64,000 bases of DNA. Source: the human T2T-CHM13v2.0 reference genome, Homo sapiens. Both the position numbers and the translations under genes were made by a program. The DNA lies in the NCBI RefSeq assembly GCF_009914755.1, contig NC_060936.1. One strand, written 5' to 3'. Below the pieces are notes generated by a model, which had not been told where the DNA came from, made no database searches, and saw only the letters and a program-made list of their open reading frames with translations. Shown one piece after another: positions 14,466 to 27,698 of the stretch (its first letter is position 1; every line of letters begins with the position of its first letter).

Positions 14466-15060
14466 TGCTGAGGCTTGAGTAGGTAAACAAAGCCTCCGGG
14501 AAGCTTGAACTGGGTGGAGCCCACCACAGCTCAACAAGGCCTACTGCCTCTAGACTCCACCTCTGTGGGAAGAGCATAGCTGAACAAAAAGCAGCAGACA
14601 ACTTCCGCAGACTTAAATGTCCCCGTCTGACAGCTATGAAGAGAGGAGTGGTTCTCCCAGCATGGCGTTTGCACTCTGAAAATGGTCAGACGGCCTCCTC
14701 AAGTGGGTCCCTGACCCCTGTGTAGCCTAACTGGGAGATACCTCCCAGTAGGGGCCAACAGACACCTCATATAGGCGGCTGCCCCTCTGGGTTGAAGCTT
14801 CCAGAGAAAGAATCAGACAGCAATATTTGCAGTTCTGCAATATTTGCTGTTGTGCCACCTCTGCTGGTGATACCCAGGCAAACAGGGTCTAGAGTGGAAC
14901 TCCAGCAAACTCCATCAGAGCTACAGCTGAGGGACCTGACCGTTAGACGGAAAACTAACAAACAAAGAAACAGCATCAACATCAACAAAAGGTCATCTAC
15001 ACCAAAACCCCATCTGTAGGTAACCAACATCAAAGACCAAAGGCAGATAAAACCACAAAG

Positions 15061-16086
15061 ATGGGGAGAAACCAGAGCAGAAAAGCTGAAAATTCTAAAA
15101 ATCACAGGACGTCTTCTTCTCCAAATGATCACAGCTCCTTGCCAGCAACGTAACAAAGCTGGATGGAGAATGACTTTGACAAGTTGACAGAAGTAGGCTT
15201 CAGAAGGTCGGTAATAACAAACTTCTCCAAGCTAAAGGAGGACGTTTGAACCCATTACAAGGAAGCCAAAAACCTTGAAAAAAAGATTAGACAAATGGCT
15301 AACTAGAATAAACAGTATAGAGAAGAACTTAAATGACTTGATGGAGCTGAAAACCATGGCACAAGAACTTCGTGACACATGCACAAGCTTCAATAGCCGA
15401 TGCAATCAAGTGGAAGAAAGGGTATCAGTGATTGAAGATCAAACTGATGAAATAAAGCAAGAAAATATAGTTAGAGAAAAAAGAGTAAAAAGAAATGAAC
15501 AAAGCCTCCAGGAAATATGGGACTATGTGAAAAGAACAAATCTACGTAAGATTGGTGTACCTGAAAGGGATGGGAAGAATGGAACCAAGTTGGAAAACAC
15601 TCTTCAGGATATTATCCAGGAGAACTTCCCCAATATAGCAAGGCAGGCTAACATTCAAATTCAGGAAATACAGAGACCACCACAAAGATACTCCTCAAGA
15701 ACAGCAACCGCAAGACACATAATCGTCAGATTCACCAAGGTTGAAATGAAGGAAAAGTGTTAAGGGCAGCCAGAGAGAAAGGTCAAGTTACCCACAAAGG
15801 GAAGCCCATCAGACTAACAGCAGATCTCTCAGCAGAAACCCTACAAGCCAGAACAGACTGGGGACCAATATTCAACATTCTTAAAGAAAAGAAGTTTCAA
15901 CCCAGAATTTCATATCCAGCCAAACTAAGCCTCATAAGTGAAGGAGAAATAAAATCCTTTACAGACAAGCAAATGCTGAGAGATTTTGTCACCACCAGGC
16001 CTGCCTTACAAGAGCTTCTGAAGGAAGCACTAAACATGGAAAGGAACAACCAGTACCAGCCACTGCAAAAATAGGTCAAATTGTAA
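15061..16086 (+). pseudogene. L1 ORF1p, disrupted
   Basis: ATGGGGAGAAACCAG start with in-frame TAA at 15151; ORF1p motifs (SLQEIWDYVKR, IIQENFPN, GKPIRLTADLS) are split over frames. Confidence 0.93.
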
Positions 16087-16149
16087 AGACCATCAATGCC
16101 ATGAAGAAACTGCATCAATTAATGGGCAAAATAACCAGCAAACATCACA

Positions 16150-19100
16150 ATGACAGGATCAAATTCACACATAACAATATTAACCTTAAATGTAAGTGGG
16201 CTAAATGCTGCAATTAAGACACAGACTGGCAAATTGGATAAACAGTCAAGACCCATCAGTGTGCTGTATTCAGGAGACCCATCTCACGTGCAAGGACACA
16301 CATAGGCTCAAAATAAAGGGATGGAGGAAGATGTACCAAGCAAATGGAAACCAAAAAAAAGCAGGGGTTGCAAACCTAGTCTTTGATAAAACAGACTTTA
16401 AACCAACAAAGATCAAAAGAGACAAAGAAAGCCATTACATAATAGTAAAGGGATCAATTCAACAAGAAGAGCTAACTATACTAAATATATATGCACCCAA
16501 TACAGGAGCACCCATATTCATAAAGCAAGTCCTTAGGGGCCTACAAAGAGACTTAGACTCCCACACAATAATAATGGGAGACTTTAACACCCCACTGTCA
16601 ACATTAGACAGATCAACAAGACAGAAGGTTAACAAGGATATCCAGGACCTGAACTCAGCTCTGCAACAAGCAGACCTAATAGACATCTACAGAACCCTCC
16701 ACCCCAAATCAACAGAATATATATTCTTCTCAGCACCACATCACACTTATTCTAAAATTGACCACATAATTGGAAGGAAAGTACTCTTCAGCAAATGTAA
16801 AAGAACAGAAATCACAACAAACTGTCTCTCAGACCACAGCGCAATCAAATTGGAACTCAGGATTAAGAAACTCACTCAAAACCGCTCAACTACATGGAAA
16901 CTGAACAACTTGCTCCTGAATGACTACTGGGTAAATAACGAAATGCAGGCAGACACAAAGATGTTCTTTGAAACCAATGAGAACAAAGGCACAACGTACC
17001 AGAATCTCTGGGACACATTTAAAGCCATGTGTAGAGGGAAATTTATAGCACTAAATGCCCACAAGAGAAAGCAGGAAAGATCTAAAACTGACACCCTAAC
17101 ATCACAATTAAAAGAACTAGAGAAGCAAGAGCAAACAAATTAAAAAGCTAACAGAAGGCAACAAATAATTAAGATCAGAGCAGAACTGAAAGCGATAGAG
17201 ACACAAAAAACCCTTCAAAAATCAATGAATCTAGGAGCTGGTGTTTTGAAAAGATCAACAAAATTGACAGATCGCTAGCAAGACTAATAAAGAAGAAAAG
17301 AGAGAAGAATCAAATAGATACAATAAAAAATGATAAAGGGGATATCACCACTGATCCCACAGAAATGCAAAATACCATCAGAGAATACTATAAATACCTC
17401 TATGCAAATAAACTAGAAAATCTAGAAGAAATGGATAAATTCCTGGACACATACACCCTCACAAGACTAAACCAGAAAGAAGTTGAATTTCAGAATAGAC
17501 CAATAACAGTCTCTGAAATTGAGGCAATAATTAATAGCCTGCCAACCAAAAAAAGTCCAGGACCAGATGGATCCACAGCTGCATTCTACCAGAGGTACAA
17601 AGAGGAGCTGGTACCATCCCTTCTGAAACTATTCCAATCAATAGAAAAAAGGGAAATCCTCCCTAACTCATTTTATGAGGCGAAAATCATCCTGATACCA
17701 AAACCTGGCAGAGACACAACAAAAAAAGAGAATTTTAGACCAATATCCCTGATGACCATCGATGCAAAAATCCTCAATAAAATATTGGCAAACAGAATCC
17801 AGCAGCACATCAAAAAGCTTATCCACCACGATCAAGTTGGCTTCAACCCTGGGATGCAAGGCTGGTTCAACATATGCAAATCAATAAACGTAATCCATCA
17901 CCTAAACAGAACCAATGACAAAAATCACATGATTATCTCAACAGATGCAGAAAAGGCCTTTGACAAAATTCAACAGCCCTTCATGCTAAAAATTCTCAAT
18001 CAACTAGGTATTGATGGAACATATCTCAAAATAATAAGAGCTATCTATGACAAACCCACAGCCAGTATCATACTGAATGGGCAAAAGCTGGAGGCATTCC
18101 CTTTGAAAACTAGCACAAAACAAGGATGCCCACTCTCACCACTCCTATTCAACCCTAACCCTAACCCTAACACTCACCACTCCTATTCAACCTAGTGTCG
18201 GAAGTTCTGGCCAGGGCAATCAGGCAAGAGAAAGAAATAAAGACTATTCAATTAGGAAATGAGGAAGTCAAACTGTCCCTGTTTGCAGATGACACGGTTG
18301 TATATTTAGAAAACCCCATCGTCTCAGCCCAAAATCTATTTAAGCTGATAAGCAACTTCAGCAAAGTCTCAGGATACAAAATCAATGTGCAAAAATCACA
18401 AGCATGCCTATACACCATTAACAGACAAACAGCCAAATCATAAGTGAACTCCCATTCTCAGTTGCTACAAAGAGAATAAAATACCTAGCAATCCAACTTA
18501 CAAGGGATGTGAAGGACCTCTTCAAGGAGAAATACAAACCACTGCTCAAGGAAATAAAAGAGGATGCAAATAAATGGAAGAATATTCCATGCTCATGGAT
18601 AGGAGGAATCAATATCGTGAAAAGGGCCATACTGCCCAAAGTAATTTATAGATTCAATTCCATCCCATCAAGCTACCAATGACTTTCTTCACAGAATTGG
18701 AAAAAAACGACTTTAAAGTTCGTATGGAACCAAAAAAGAGCCCGCATTGCCAAGACAATCCTAAGCAAAAAGAACAAACCTGGAGGCATCACACTACCTG
18801 ACTTCAAACTATGCTACAACGCTACTGGTACCAAAACAGAGATATAGACCAATGGAACAGAAGAGAGGCCTCAGAAATAACACCACACATCTACAACCAT
18901 CTGATCTTTGACAAACCTCACAAAAACAAGAAATAGAGAAAGGATTCCCTATTTAATAAATGGTGCTGGGAAAACTCGATAGCCATATGTAGAAAGCTGG
19001 AACTGGATCCCTTCCTTACACCTTATACAAAAATTAATTCAAGATGGATTAAAGACTTAAATATTAGATCTAAAACCATAAAAACCCTAGAAGAAAACCT

Positions 19101-19976
19101 AGGCAATACCATAGGTTTGGGCAAGGACTTCATGTCTAAAACACCAAAAGCAGTAGCAACAAAAGCCAAAATAGACAAATGAGATCTAATTAAACTAAAG
19201 AGCTTTTGCACAGCAAAAGAAACTACCATCAGAGTGAACAGGAAACCTACAGAATGGGAGAAAATTTTTGCAATCTACCCATCTAACAAAGGGCTAATAT
19301 CCAGAATCTACAAAGAACTCAAACAAATTTACAAGAAAAAACAAACAACCCCATCAAAAAGCAGGCAAAGGATATGAACAGACACTTCTCAAAAGAAGAC
19401 ATCTATGCAGCCAACAGACAAATGAAAAAATGCTCATCATCACTGGTCATCAGAGAAATGCAAATCAAAACCACAATGAGATACCATCTCATGCCAGTTA
19501 GAATGGCAATCATTAAAAAGTCAGGAAACAGCAGGTGCTGGAGAAGATATGGAGAAATAGGAATGCTTTTACACTGTTGGTGTGAGTGTAAATTAGTTCA
19601 ACCATTGTGGAAGACAGTGTGGTGATTCCTCAAGGATCTAGAACCTGAATTACCATTTGACCCAGCCATCCCATTACTGGGTATATACCCAAAGGATTAT
19701 TAATCATGCTACTATAAAGACACATGCACACATATGTTTATTGTGGCACTATTCACAATAGCAAAGACTTGGAACCAACCCAAATGTCCATCAATGATAG
19801 GTTGGATTAAGAATATGTGGCACATATACACCATGGAATACTATGCAGCCGTAAAAAATGATGAGTTCATGTCCTTTGCAGAGACATGGATGAAGCTGGA
19901 AACCATCATTCTCAGCAAACTATCACAAGGACAGAAAACCAAACACTGCATGTTCTCACTCAAAGGTGGGAATTGA
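16150..19976 (+). pseudogene. L1 ORF2p (endonuclease/reverse transcriptase), disrupted
   Basis: ATGACAGGATCA start; EN motifs ([20 protein letters not shown]), RT motifs ([16 protein letters not shown]) and C-terminal CWR; several stops and frameshifts. Confidence 0.95.
18151..18171 (-). repeat. Short interstitial telomeric repeat, about 3.5 TTAGGG units, flanked by a 20-bp duplication
   Basis: AACCCTAACCCTAACCCTAAC lies between two copies of CTCACCACTCCTATTCAACC (18135-18154 and 18173-18192). Confidence 0.9.
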
Positions 19977-20873
19977 ACAATGAGATCACTTGGACACAGG
20001 ACGAGGAACATCACACACTGGGGCCTGTCAGGGGGTGGGGAGCTGGGGGAGGGATAGCATTAGGAGAAATACCTAATGTAAATCATGAGTTAATGGGTGC
20101 AGCAAACCAACATGGCAAATGTATACCTATGTATCAAACCTGCACGTTGTGCACATGTACCCTAGAACTTAAAGTATAATAAAATAAACTAAATAAATAA
20201 ATAGTCATATTAAATCAGACAAAAATAAATTTCAGGGAGAAAACATGATGTAATGATTAAATGAATAATTTTTTTAAAAAGATATAATAGTCTTATAATA
20301 GTCTATAATAACATGGCCTTAAAATATATAAAGCAAAACCAAAGACTCACAAGGAGAAATGAACATATCCATAATCATGGAAGGAAGATTTTAACATCTT
20401 ACAATACTGAATAAAAATCAAAAAGAAAATAGACACTTAAGTAGTACAATTAATAAACTTTATCAAACAGATTGCAACTTATATTCTACACCAAAAATTA
20501 AAGAATGCATTTTATTTTCAAGGACACATGAATAACTTACCAAAAATTTACTAGAGACTTCCTCACAAAGCAAGATTCAACAAATTCAAAACATTGTGCA
20601 GCAGACCACATTTTGTGATCAAAGTACTGTAAAATTAGAAACCAATAGTTGAGAAATAGACTCCAAAACCATATATGTTAGAGAAATATTTAAGGTCATG
20701 TAAATAATTTATAGGTCCACAAATAAATCATAAAGAAAATTATGAATATTCAGACCTGAATAACAATTAAGAATATTGCATATCGAAATTGATGGATGCA
20801 ACTCAATCAGTACTTAAGGGCAATTTAGCCTGAAATGCATTTATTAGATAAGAAGAAAGGTCAAAAGGTAATG

Positions 20874-23810
20874 GGCCAATTTTTCTAGACAAGGCAGTTG
20901 AAGAGGGAGGGCTTACAGAGGGACTGGCCTGGCGTGCACTCTGCATCTCCAGGATGTTGTTTCTTATGGAATGGATGCTTTTGGAAGACTATTGCCCAGA
21001 AAAAAGATGTTTAGTTTTTCCCAAGCCAAAGATGTACCGAAGTATAGAGGGCTGTTGTGTTTGCAGAGCTAAGTCCTCCAGTTCTTGATTCACTGACAGT
21101 AAACGCTATGAAAAGGACTTCCAGAGCTCTTTGGGGCTGCATGAGACATCTGCGATGCCTGTGTTCTGCTTGTGAAAAGATGGAAGACGTTGCCAGCAGG
21201 ATCAAAAAACCCTGGATTCATGTGGCAGATGCAGGGCTGAACCCAGTCTAAATACTACACTGAAACCAAAGAGAGTGAAAACTGTATCTGGGAACAGGAT
21301 AAAAAGCAACCAGACCAATAAACTGCAGAAGAAAGGTAAAGATTGCAATGATGATGCTCACAGTACCACCTCAAGTGCCTCCTTGTTACAGCAACTAGTC
21401 AGACGATGGCTCAGTTATGGAGATGGCTTCTGGTTCTACCAGAACACCAGGTGTTTTCCTTTTTAGATCTCACAGACTGAAAAAGAAGATACGTAGTGGG
21501 ATTATTTATAAAGGCCATTTTGGGAAAGTCCTCATCAACTCACATCTGTTCAAGCCTTGCCACAGGAATACAAAAGCAACTACTGAGAAATGTAGGGGCA
21601 GGGGCCAGAGCCTCTGCCCACATCACTCAGGAGTAGAAACGGGGAACAAAAAACAATTTAAACTTTGAAAAGACCACAAAGCAACTAACTGTCCCACCTA
21701 TTTTTAACTTGGATACCTGCTACTCTGCCAAAAAACAACTTCTAGAATAGTTTTGAATGGGTTATTTTCCCCCTAGTCTCACAAATTCTGAAGTCGATTT
21801 CTAGCTTCACAAAAAAAGAATTGAAAATAATATTTAAGATGCTGGATATTTCACAAGAAAGCCGAATGCTGCTATAAGTCTTTTTTAATACCCTTCTAAT
21901 GAATGAAACTAGGGGAATTTCAGGGTACAGAGATGGGATTTGTCATATGCTAAACGGTAGGTAGTTTTAGTCTTTCTATATTGAGAAGCAGTGGTTGGGG
22001 CATTTTTTAAGGTAGCTGGCTACACTTGTTTTCCCTCACGATAATAATTTGTCATAACTCAGTAACATGGACTTGCCCCTAGAGGTAGTTGTTAATAATT
22101 TTGAAATATTAAGGTCTTGCCAAGGTTCCAACAATTCAAACCTGTACTACTGATTATTAAGCAGGACAGACTGTGCTTTCTGTTGCAAATACCTTAAAGG
22201 AAAAAGTAATTTCTAAATATACAGAAAGGAAAGATGACTGTATATGTTGCATCCTGTGCTGCCTCTCTTCATATTAATATTTGATAACGATTTCAATTTT
22301 TATGAAACTTCTAAAGCAGAATCAATGCTCCTCTTGGGGAAATGACAAGTCTTTAGGATAGCCAAGACCCTATATGAACAGTACCAAAGCATTACCACAT
22401 AATAGAGAACACATTTTATTAAAAACATTGAACTATCAGAGGCCAGGTGTGGTGGCTCACACCCGTAATCCCAAAACTTTGAGAGGCCAAGGTGGGCAGA
22501 TCACTCAAGGTCAGGAGTTTGAGGACAGCCTGGCCAACATGGTGAAACCTGTCTCTACTAAAAATACAAAAATTACGTGGGCTTGGTGGCGCATGCCTGT
22601 AATCCCAGCTACTCAGGAGGCTGAGGCAGGAGAATAGCTTGAACCCAGGAGGCAGAGGTTGCAGTGAGCCAAGACTACCACTGCACTCCAGCCTCGGCGA
22701 CAGAGCAAGACTCTGCCTCAATTAAACGAACAAACACAAAAGTTAAACTATCGCAAAAATAAAATGTATAGTCTTCAGGATGGCACAAAGCAAATGTTAG
22801 TGCTTCTTAGGGCACATTTCTTAGAGGAATTTCCGAGTGTGTAAATAATTGACTTTTGTTTGTGTTACATGACTGATGACTTTCTTGAAAATCTGCACAG
22901 GTCAGTTTTAGGTCTGGATTACTTCAGCTGGCTTTTGTGAAGGTTTTGTCTGTGAAGAGTGGGTGTTTGACTTGTTTTAGCCTATTAGGGTTCTTTTCCA
23001 CTCTATATTTAAAGAAAACTTTACTAGAAGAGGGGTGGTGTTAATGATAAGTGGGTTGGTTTTGGTTTGGCTTCTTTTAGCCAGCTTAGCTTTCTGAACA
23101 TTGAGATATCCTGAACTTGGGGCTCTTCAATTCTAAAATGCTCATTAAAAGCCTCTCACTTGAACCCAAGCCAAAGTACTCTTACTGCCTCTTTTCTAAA
23201 TGTTCAGGGAAAAAAAAATCACCAGTTCAGATTTCACAATGAGGAAGAAGCATTTGTCTGCCTTATGGTAACATAACTCAGTGCTTATTTTTTAAACAGG
23301 ATTTTTAAAATTGGATAGTATAACAATAAGGAGTTAGTCGCCTTTTATAGGTACCCTATAGTTTTATAGTTAATCTAAACATATTTTATATTTCCTCCTT
23401 TTGGAAAAAACTACATGCTACAAGCCAGCATATGCACAGACCACACAATGACTTGGGTTGGCTCTCCCACAGTCTTTGAGGTGAATTATGAGAGTCCAGC
23501 CATTATTATCCTCCAGAGTTATTCTGAAAAAAATTGTTTGTATATTTTGGCTGTAGTATTGGTGGTAGGATACACTATAGTATGAATCATCTCTGCTTCT
23601 GTATTTATTTATTTTTTACTAGCCCTCAGCCACAGTCTTCTTTTTCCCCTTCCACCTCTCTTTGCCTGTAGGATATACTGTATGTAGTCATGCACTTTGT
23701 ATTAATACATTCAAAATCCACAGGTCTGTTTTGTACTTTTTAAACTATTGGATACTTACGATCACAAATTTCATGAGGATATTGAATACATTTAGTCTTA
23801 GAAAATTTTT
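20874..23810 (+). pseudogene. SINHCAF: Processed pseudogene of SINHCAF/FAM60A (SIN3-HDAC associated factor); CDS remnant about 21007-21636 plus UTRs. The symbol given is the parent gene
   Basis: Frame-spliced translation: MFSF..KPKMYRSIEGCCVCRAKSSSS*FTDSKRYEKDFQS...KTVSGNRIKSNQ...DAHSTTSSAS...EMASGSTRTP...GIIYKGHFGKVLINSHLFKPC, matching FAM60A as recalled. It is intronless with a TGA at 21086 and frameshifts, followed by a long AT-rich 3'UTR; degenerate TSD AAAAGGTAATG (20863) / AAAAAGTGATG (23811). Confidence 0.92.
22441..22735 (+). mobile_element. AluS inserted in the pseudogene 3'UTR
   Basis: Full dimer; flanks share a degenerate TSD (TTGAACTATC / TTAAACTATC). Confidence 0.93.
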
Positions 23811-26599
23811 AAAAAGTGATGAACTTCATCTGATTCAAAAAAATAGAAAAGGAAAAACAGTAAACTCAAATGAAGGAGTAGGAGAAAGGAAATAAAACAT
23901 TTAAGGGTAGAAATTCATCATATAATAACAAAAAATAAATAAATAAAAGAGGATCAACAGAGCAAAACGCTGAATCTTTGCGGTGACCAGAAACAAACTA
24001 ATCCTCTGGTAAGACTGAATAAGAAAAAGAACTGAGGTACAAAGTATCCATATTAGACATGAGAAAAGACACATAATTACAGACACATCAGAAACTTATA
24101 GCATCTTAGGAATATTATGAATAACTTGATGCCAATAAATTTGAAACCCAGGCAGGCATACATTTTAAAAAAATTAATTACCAAAATTTTCTCATAAGAA
24201 ATATAAAAACCTGAATAGACATGATTATATAAAAAATTGAATCCAGTAATTAACAATCTATGCTCTTCCTCACCACCAAATAAGGGCCAAAATGATTATT
24301 CAAGTATATTTCAAACCTTCAAGGAATAGTGTTTCCTAACTTATTCAAACTGCTGCTAAGCATATAGAAAACTCCTTGGTTTATTATATAAAGTTAATGT
24401 ACCCAAAACTGGAGAAGGATCATATAAAAAGAGAAAATTACAGGCCAAGTTCACTCATAAACATAGATGTAAAGGACTTAAATAATTTATTAGCAAATAA
24501 ATGCAGTGAGACATTTAAAAATGGATACCCCATGACTGACTAAGGCCTATCTCAGGAATGCAAAGATGATTTAATGTTAGAAAATCAATAAAGGTAATAC
24601 ACAACCCTAACTAATAAAAAAAAAAAAGCCTATATGATAATCTCAAAAATGCAGAAGAATAGGTGAAATTCAATATTCACTTACTATAAAAACTCTTAGA
24701 CACCAGCACTCAGGGAAACTTTCTTTACTTGATAAAGATATTTACCAAAAACCTTTGGCAAATATCATGCTAAATAGTAAAATGTTTAAAACATTGCATT
24801 TTAAAGAACAAGGATGTCCATTAGCACCACTTGTATTCAGCACTTTCCTGGATGTCTTAGCTAAAGCAAAGACCAGAGGGAGGAAAAAAGAGATGTAGAG
24901 ATTGGACAGGAAGAATCAAAACTGTCATTATTCACAGATAATAGTATTGTCCATGTAGAAAAATCTATGAGAATATATAAACTATTAAAAGCAGTAAGAG
25001 CTTATTGGATATAAAATCATATACAAAAATAAATAACATCTCTGTACACCTGCAACATCCAATTAGAAAATGTAATTTTAAAATCGTATCAGTCACAATA
25101 ACAGCAAAAATATAAGGTACATAGGAACATAGCTGGCAAAAGGTATATATTCATATTATGAAAACAGTATAAAATTTTATTGAAGGATATAAATTTTTTA
25201 AATCTGGAAAAAATGGGAAAATGCAGCATGTTCACAGGTAAGAAAGAATCAATATTTTTAAGTTGGCAATTTTCTTCAAATTAATCAACAAAGTCAATGC
25301 ATTGCAGTCAAATCCTCCTGGGTTTTTCACAGACTTGGTCAAGCGGATGCTGAAATTCCCATAGAATAAGAAAGGGCAAAGAATAACCAAGACAATTTTG
25401 AAGAAGAAAAATGTAGAAAAACTTACACTCAAAGATGTCAGGGTTCATTGTAAAGTCATATCACAGAGCAAGGTGACACAGCGACAACCAGAACAGAATA
25501 CAGAGCCAAGAAACAGACTCAGGTTGACTTATTGCAACTTCGTTTATAAAAAAAAAAAAAAAAAGCCTTAAAAATTAGTGGGGGAAGTATGGTCTATTTT
25601 TTCACAATGTCTTTCACAAAAACTTTTAAAAATAATGAGTTTATTAATACATATTGTTGGCAAGGACGTGAGAAATGGAAATTCACATGTGCGTAGTAGG
25701 AGAACAAATTGTGTAGCTCTTTGGGGAGCAATTCTGCTCTACCTAGTAAGCTGCAAGGCTGATGCATACCACTATCAGCGGAGCAGTTCCCCCTTTGGGT
25801 AGCTACCCTAGAGCAGCTATGTGCTTATCAGGATGGATAAGAAAATGTGGTCTGCTCCTAAAATGGAACACTTTAATCTATTACAATAAACTAAATCTTT
25901 TTTGTTTTTTTTTTTGATACGTTATACTTGTACATATTTAGGGGTACATGAGAAATTTTGTTACATGCATGAATGTGTAATGGTCAAGTCAGTGTATTTA
26001 GTATGTATCATTTCTATGTGTGTTCAGTACATTTCAGGTTTACTTTTCTAGCTATTTTGAAAAATACCTTATTGTTGACTACAGTGGCCCTACTCTGGTA
26101 ACAAACTTTAGAAAGTATTTCTTCTATCTAATTGTATTTTTGTACCCATTAACCAACGTTTCTCCATCCCCCACTCAATGCCCACACATACACCTTCCCA
26201 GTCTCTCGTATTTATTATTCCACTCTCTACCTCCATGTGATCAACTTTTTTAACTCTCACATATGAGTGAGAACATGTGGTATTTGTCTTGCCTGGTTTA
26301 TTTCACTTAACCTAACGGCCTCCAGTTCCATCCAGTCATCCATTTATTGCTGCAATTGACAGGATTCCATTCTTTTTCATGGCTGAATAATATTTCATTG
26401 TGTGTTTATACCACATTTTCTTTATCCATTCATCTGTCGGTAGGCAATTAAGTTGATTCCATATTTTGGCTATTGTGAATAGTGCTGCAATAAACATAAG
26501 AGTATAGATATCTCTTCAATATACTGATTTCCTTTTCTGTTTTTTGGATAAACACCTAGTATTGGGATGGCTGGATCATATGGTAGTTCTATTTTCAGG

Positions 26600-27698
26600 G
26601 TTTTAATTTTTATTTTAGATTGAGGGGATACACGCACAGGTTTGTTACCTAGGTATATGGTATGATGCTGAGGCTTGGGTACAAATGATCCTGTCACCCA
26701 GGGAATGAGTATAGTACCCAATAGTAAGTTTTTCAACCCTTGCCCCCTTCCTCTGTCTCCCTAGTAGTCCCCAGTTTCTATTTTTGCCATTTTTACATCC
26801 CTGAGTACCCAATATTTAGTTCCCACTTGTAAGTGAGAATATACAGTATTTGGTTTTCTGTTCTTGTGTTATTTCACTTAGGATAATGGCCTCCAGCTGA
26901 ATCCATGTTGCTGTAAAGGGCATGATTTTTTCTTTTTTATGGCTTTGTGCTATTGTAGTATGTATATGTATACCACATTTTCTTTACCCAATCCACCATT
27001 GATGGGCAACTAGGTTAATTCCATGTCTTTGCTATTGTGAATAGCGCACAATGAACATGGCAGTGCATGTGTCTTTTTGGTATAATGTTTTTTTCTTTTC
27101 ATTATTGATATGGTTTGGCCCTGCATCCCTACCCAAATCTCACCTTGAATTGTAATAATCCCCAAATGTCAAGGACAGGACCAGGTGGAGATAAATGAAT
27201 CATAGGGGTGGTTTCCCCCATAATGCTCTCGTGATAGTGAGTTCTCGCAAGATCTGATGTTTTTATAATGGGCTTACCCCTTTGCTTGGCACTCATCCTC
27301 TCTACTCCCGCCCTGTGAAGAGGTGCCTTCCGCCATGATTCTAAGTTTCCTGAGGCCTCCCCAGTCATTGGAACTGTGAGTCAATTAAACCTCTTTTCTT
27401 TATAAATTACCCAGTCTCAGGTATTTCCTTATAGCAATGTGAGAACGAACTAATCCAGATATTTACCTAGTAATGGGAATGCAGTCTCAAATGGTAGTTC
27501 TGTTTTAAGTTCTTTGAGAAATCTCCAAACTGCTTTTTAAGCGGCTGAACTAATTTACATTCCCACCAAGAGTGTATGTATTCCCTTTTCTCCACAGCCT
27601 CACCAGCATCTGTTGTTTTTTGACTTTTTAATAATAGCTGTTCTGACTGGTATGAGATGGTATCTCATTGTGGTTTTGATTTACATTTCTCTGATGAT
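26600..27698 (-). mobile_element. Younger L1 3' fragment (L1PB/late L1PA-like) nested in the L1MA
   Basis: GCACAGGTTTGTTACCTAGGTATATGG 3' end; the host sequence GGTAGTTCTATTTT..AG|TTGTTTGAGGAACCTCC is split by it. Confidence 0.8.
27106..27457 (+). mobile_element. THE1C/D-like MaLR solo LTR
   Basis: TGATATGGTTTGG...CCCAAATCTCACCTTGAATTGTAATAATCCCC...TGTGAGTCAATTAAACCTC...CTAATCCA. Confidence 0.88.

Larger units (their letters stand above)
14043..20200 (+). mobile_element. Near-full-length primate L1 (about L1PA6), inactive
   Basis: 5'UTR begins CAAGATGGCCGAATAGG; ORF1, ORF2, 3'UTR and A-rich tail are present; probable TSD AATAAATA(CA)GTCA / AATAAATAGTCA. Confidence 0.97.

Noticed and set aside
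15275-19976. Active L1 or functional reverse transcriptase
   Set aside because: ORF1 and ORF2 carry multiple stops, frameshifts and small deletions.
21007-21636. Functional SINHCAF retrogene
   Set aside because: Early frameshift, TGA at 21086 and further indels.
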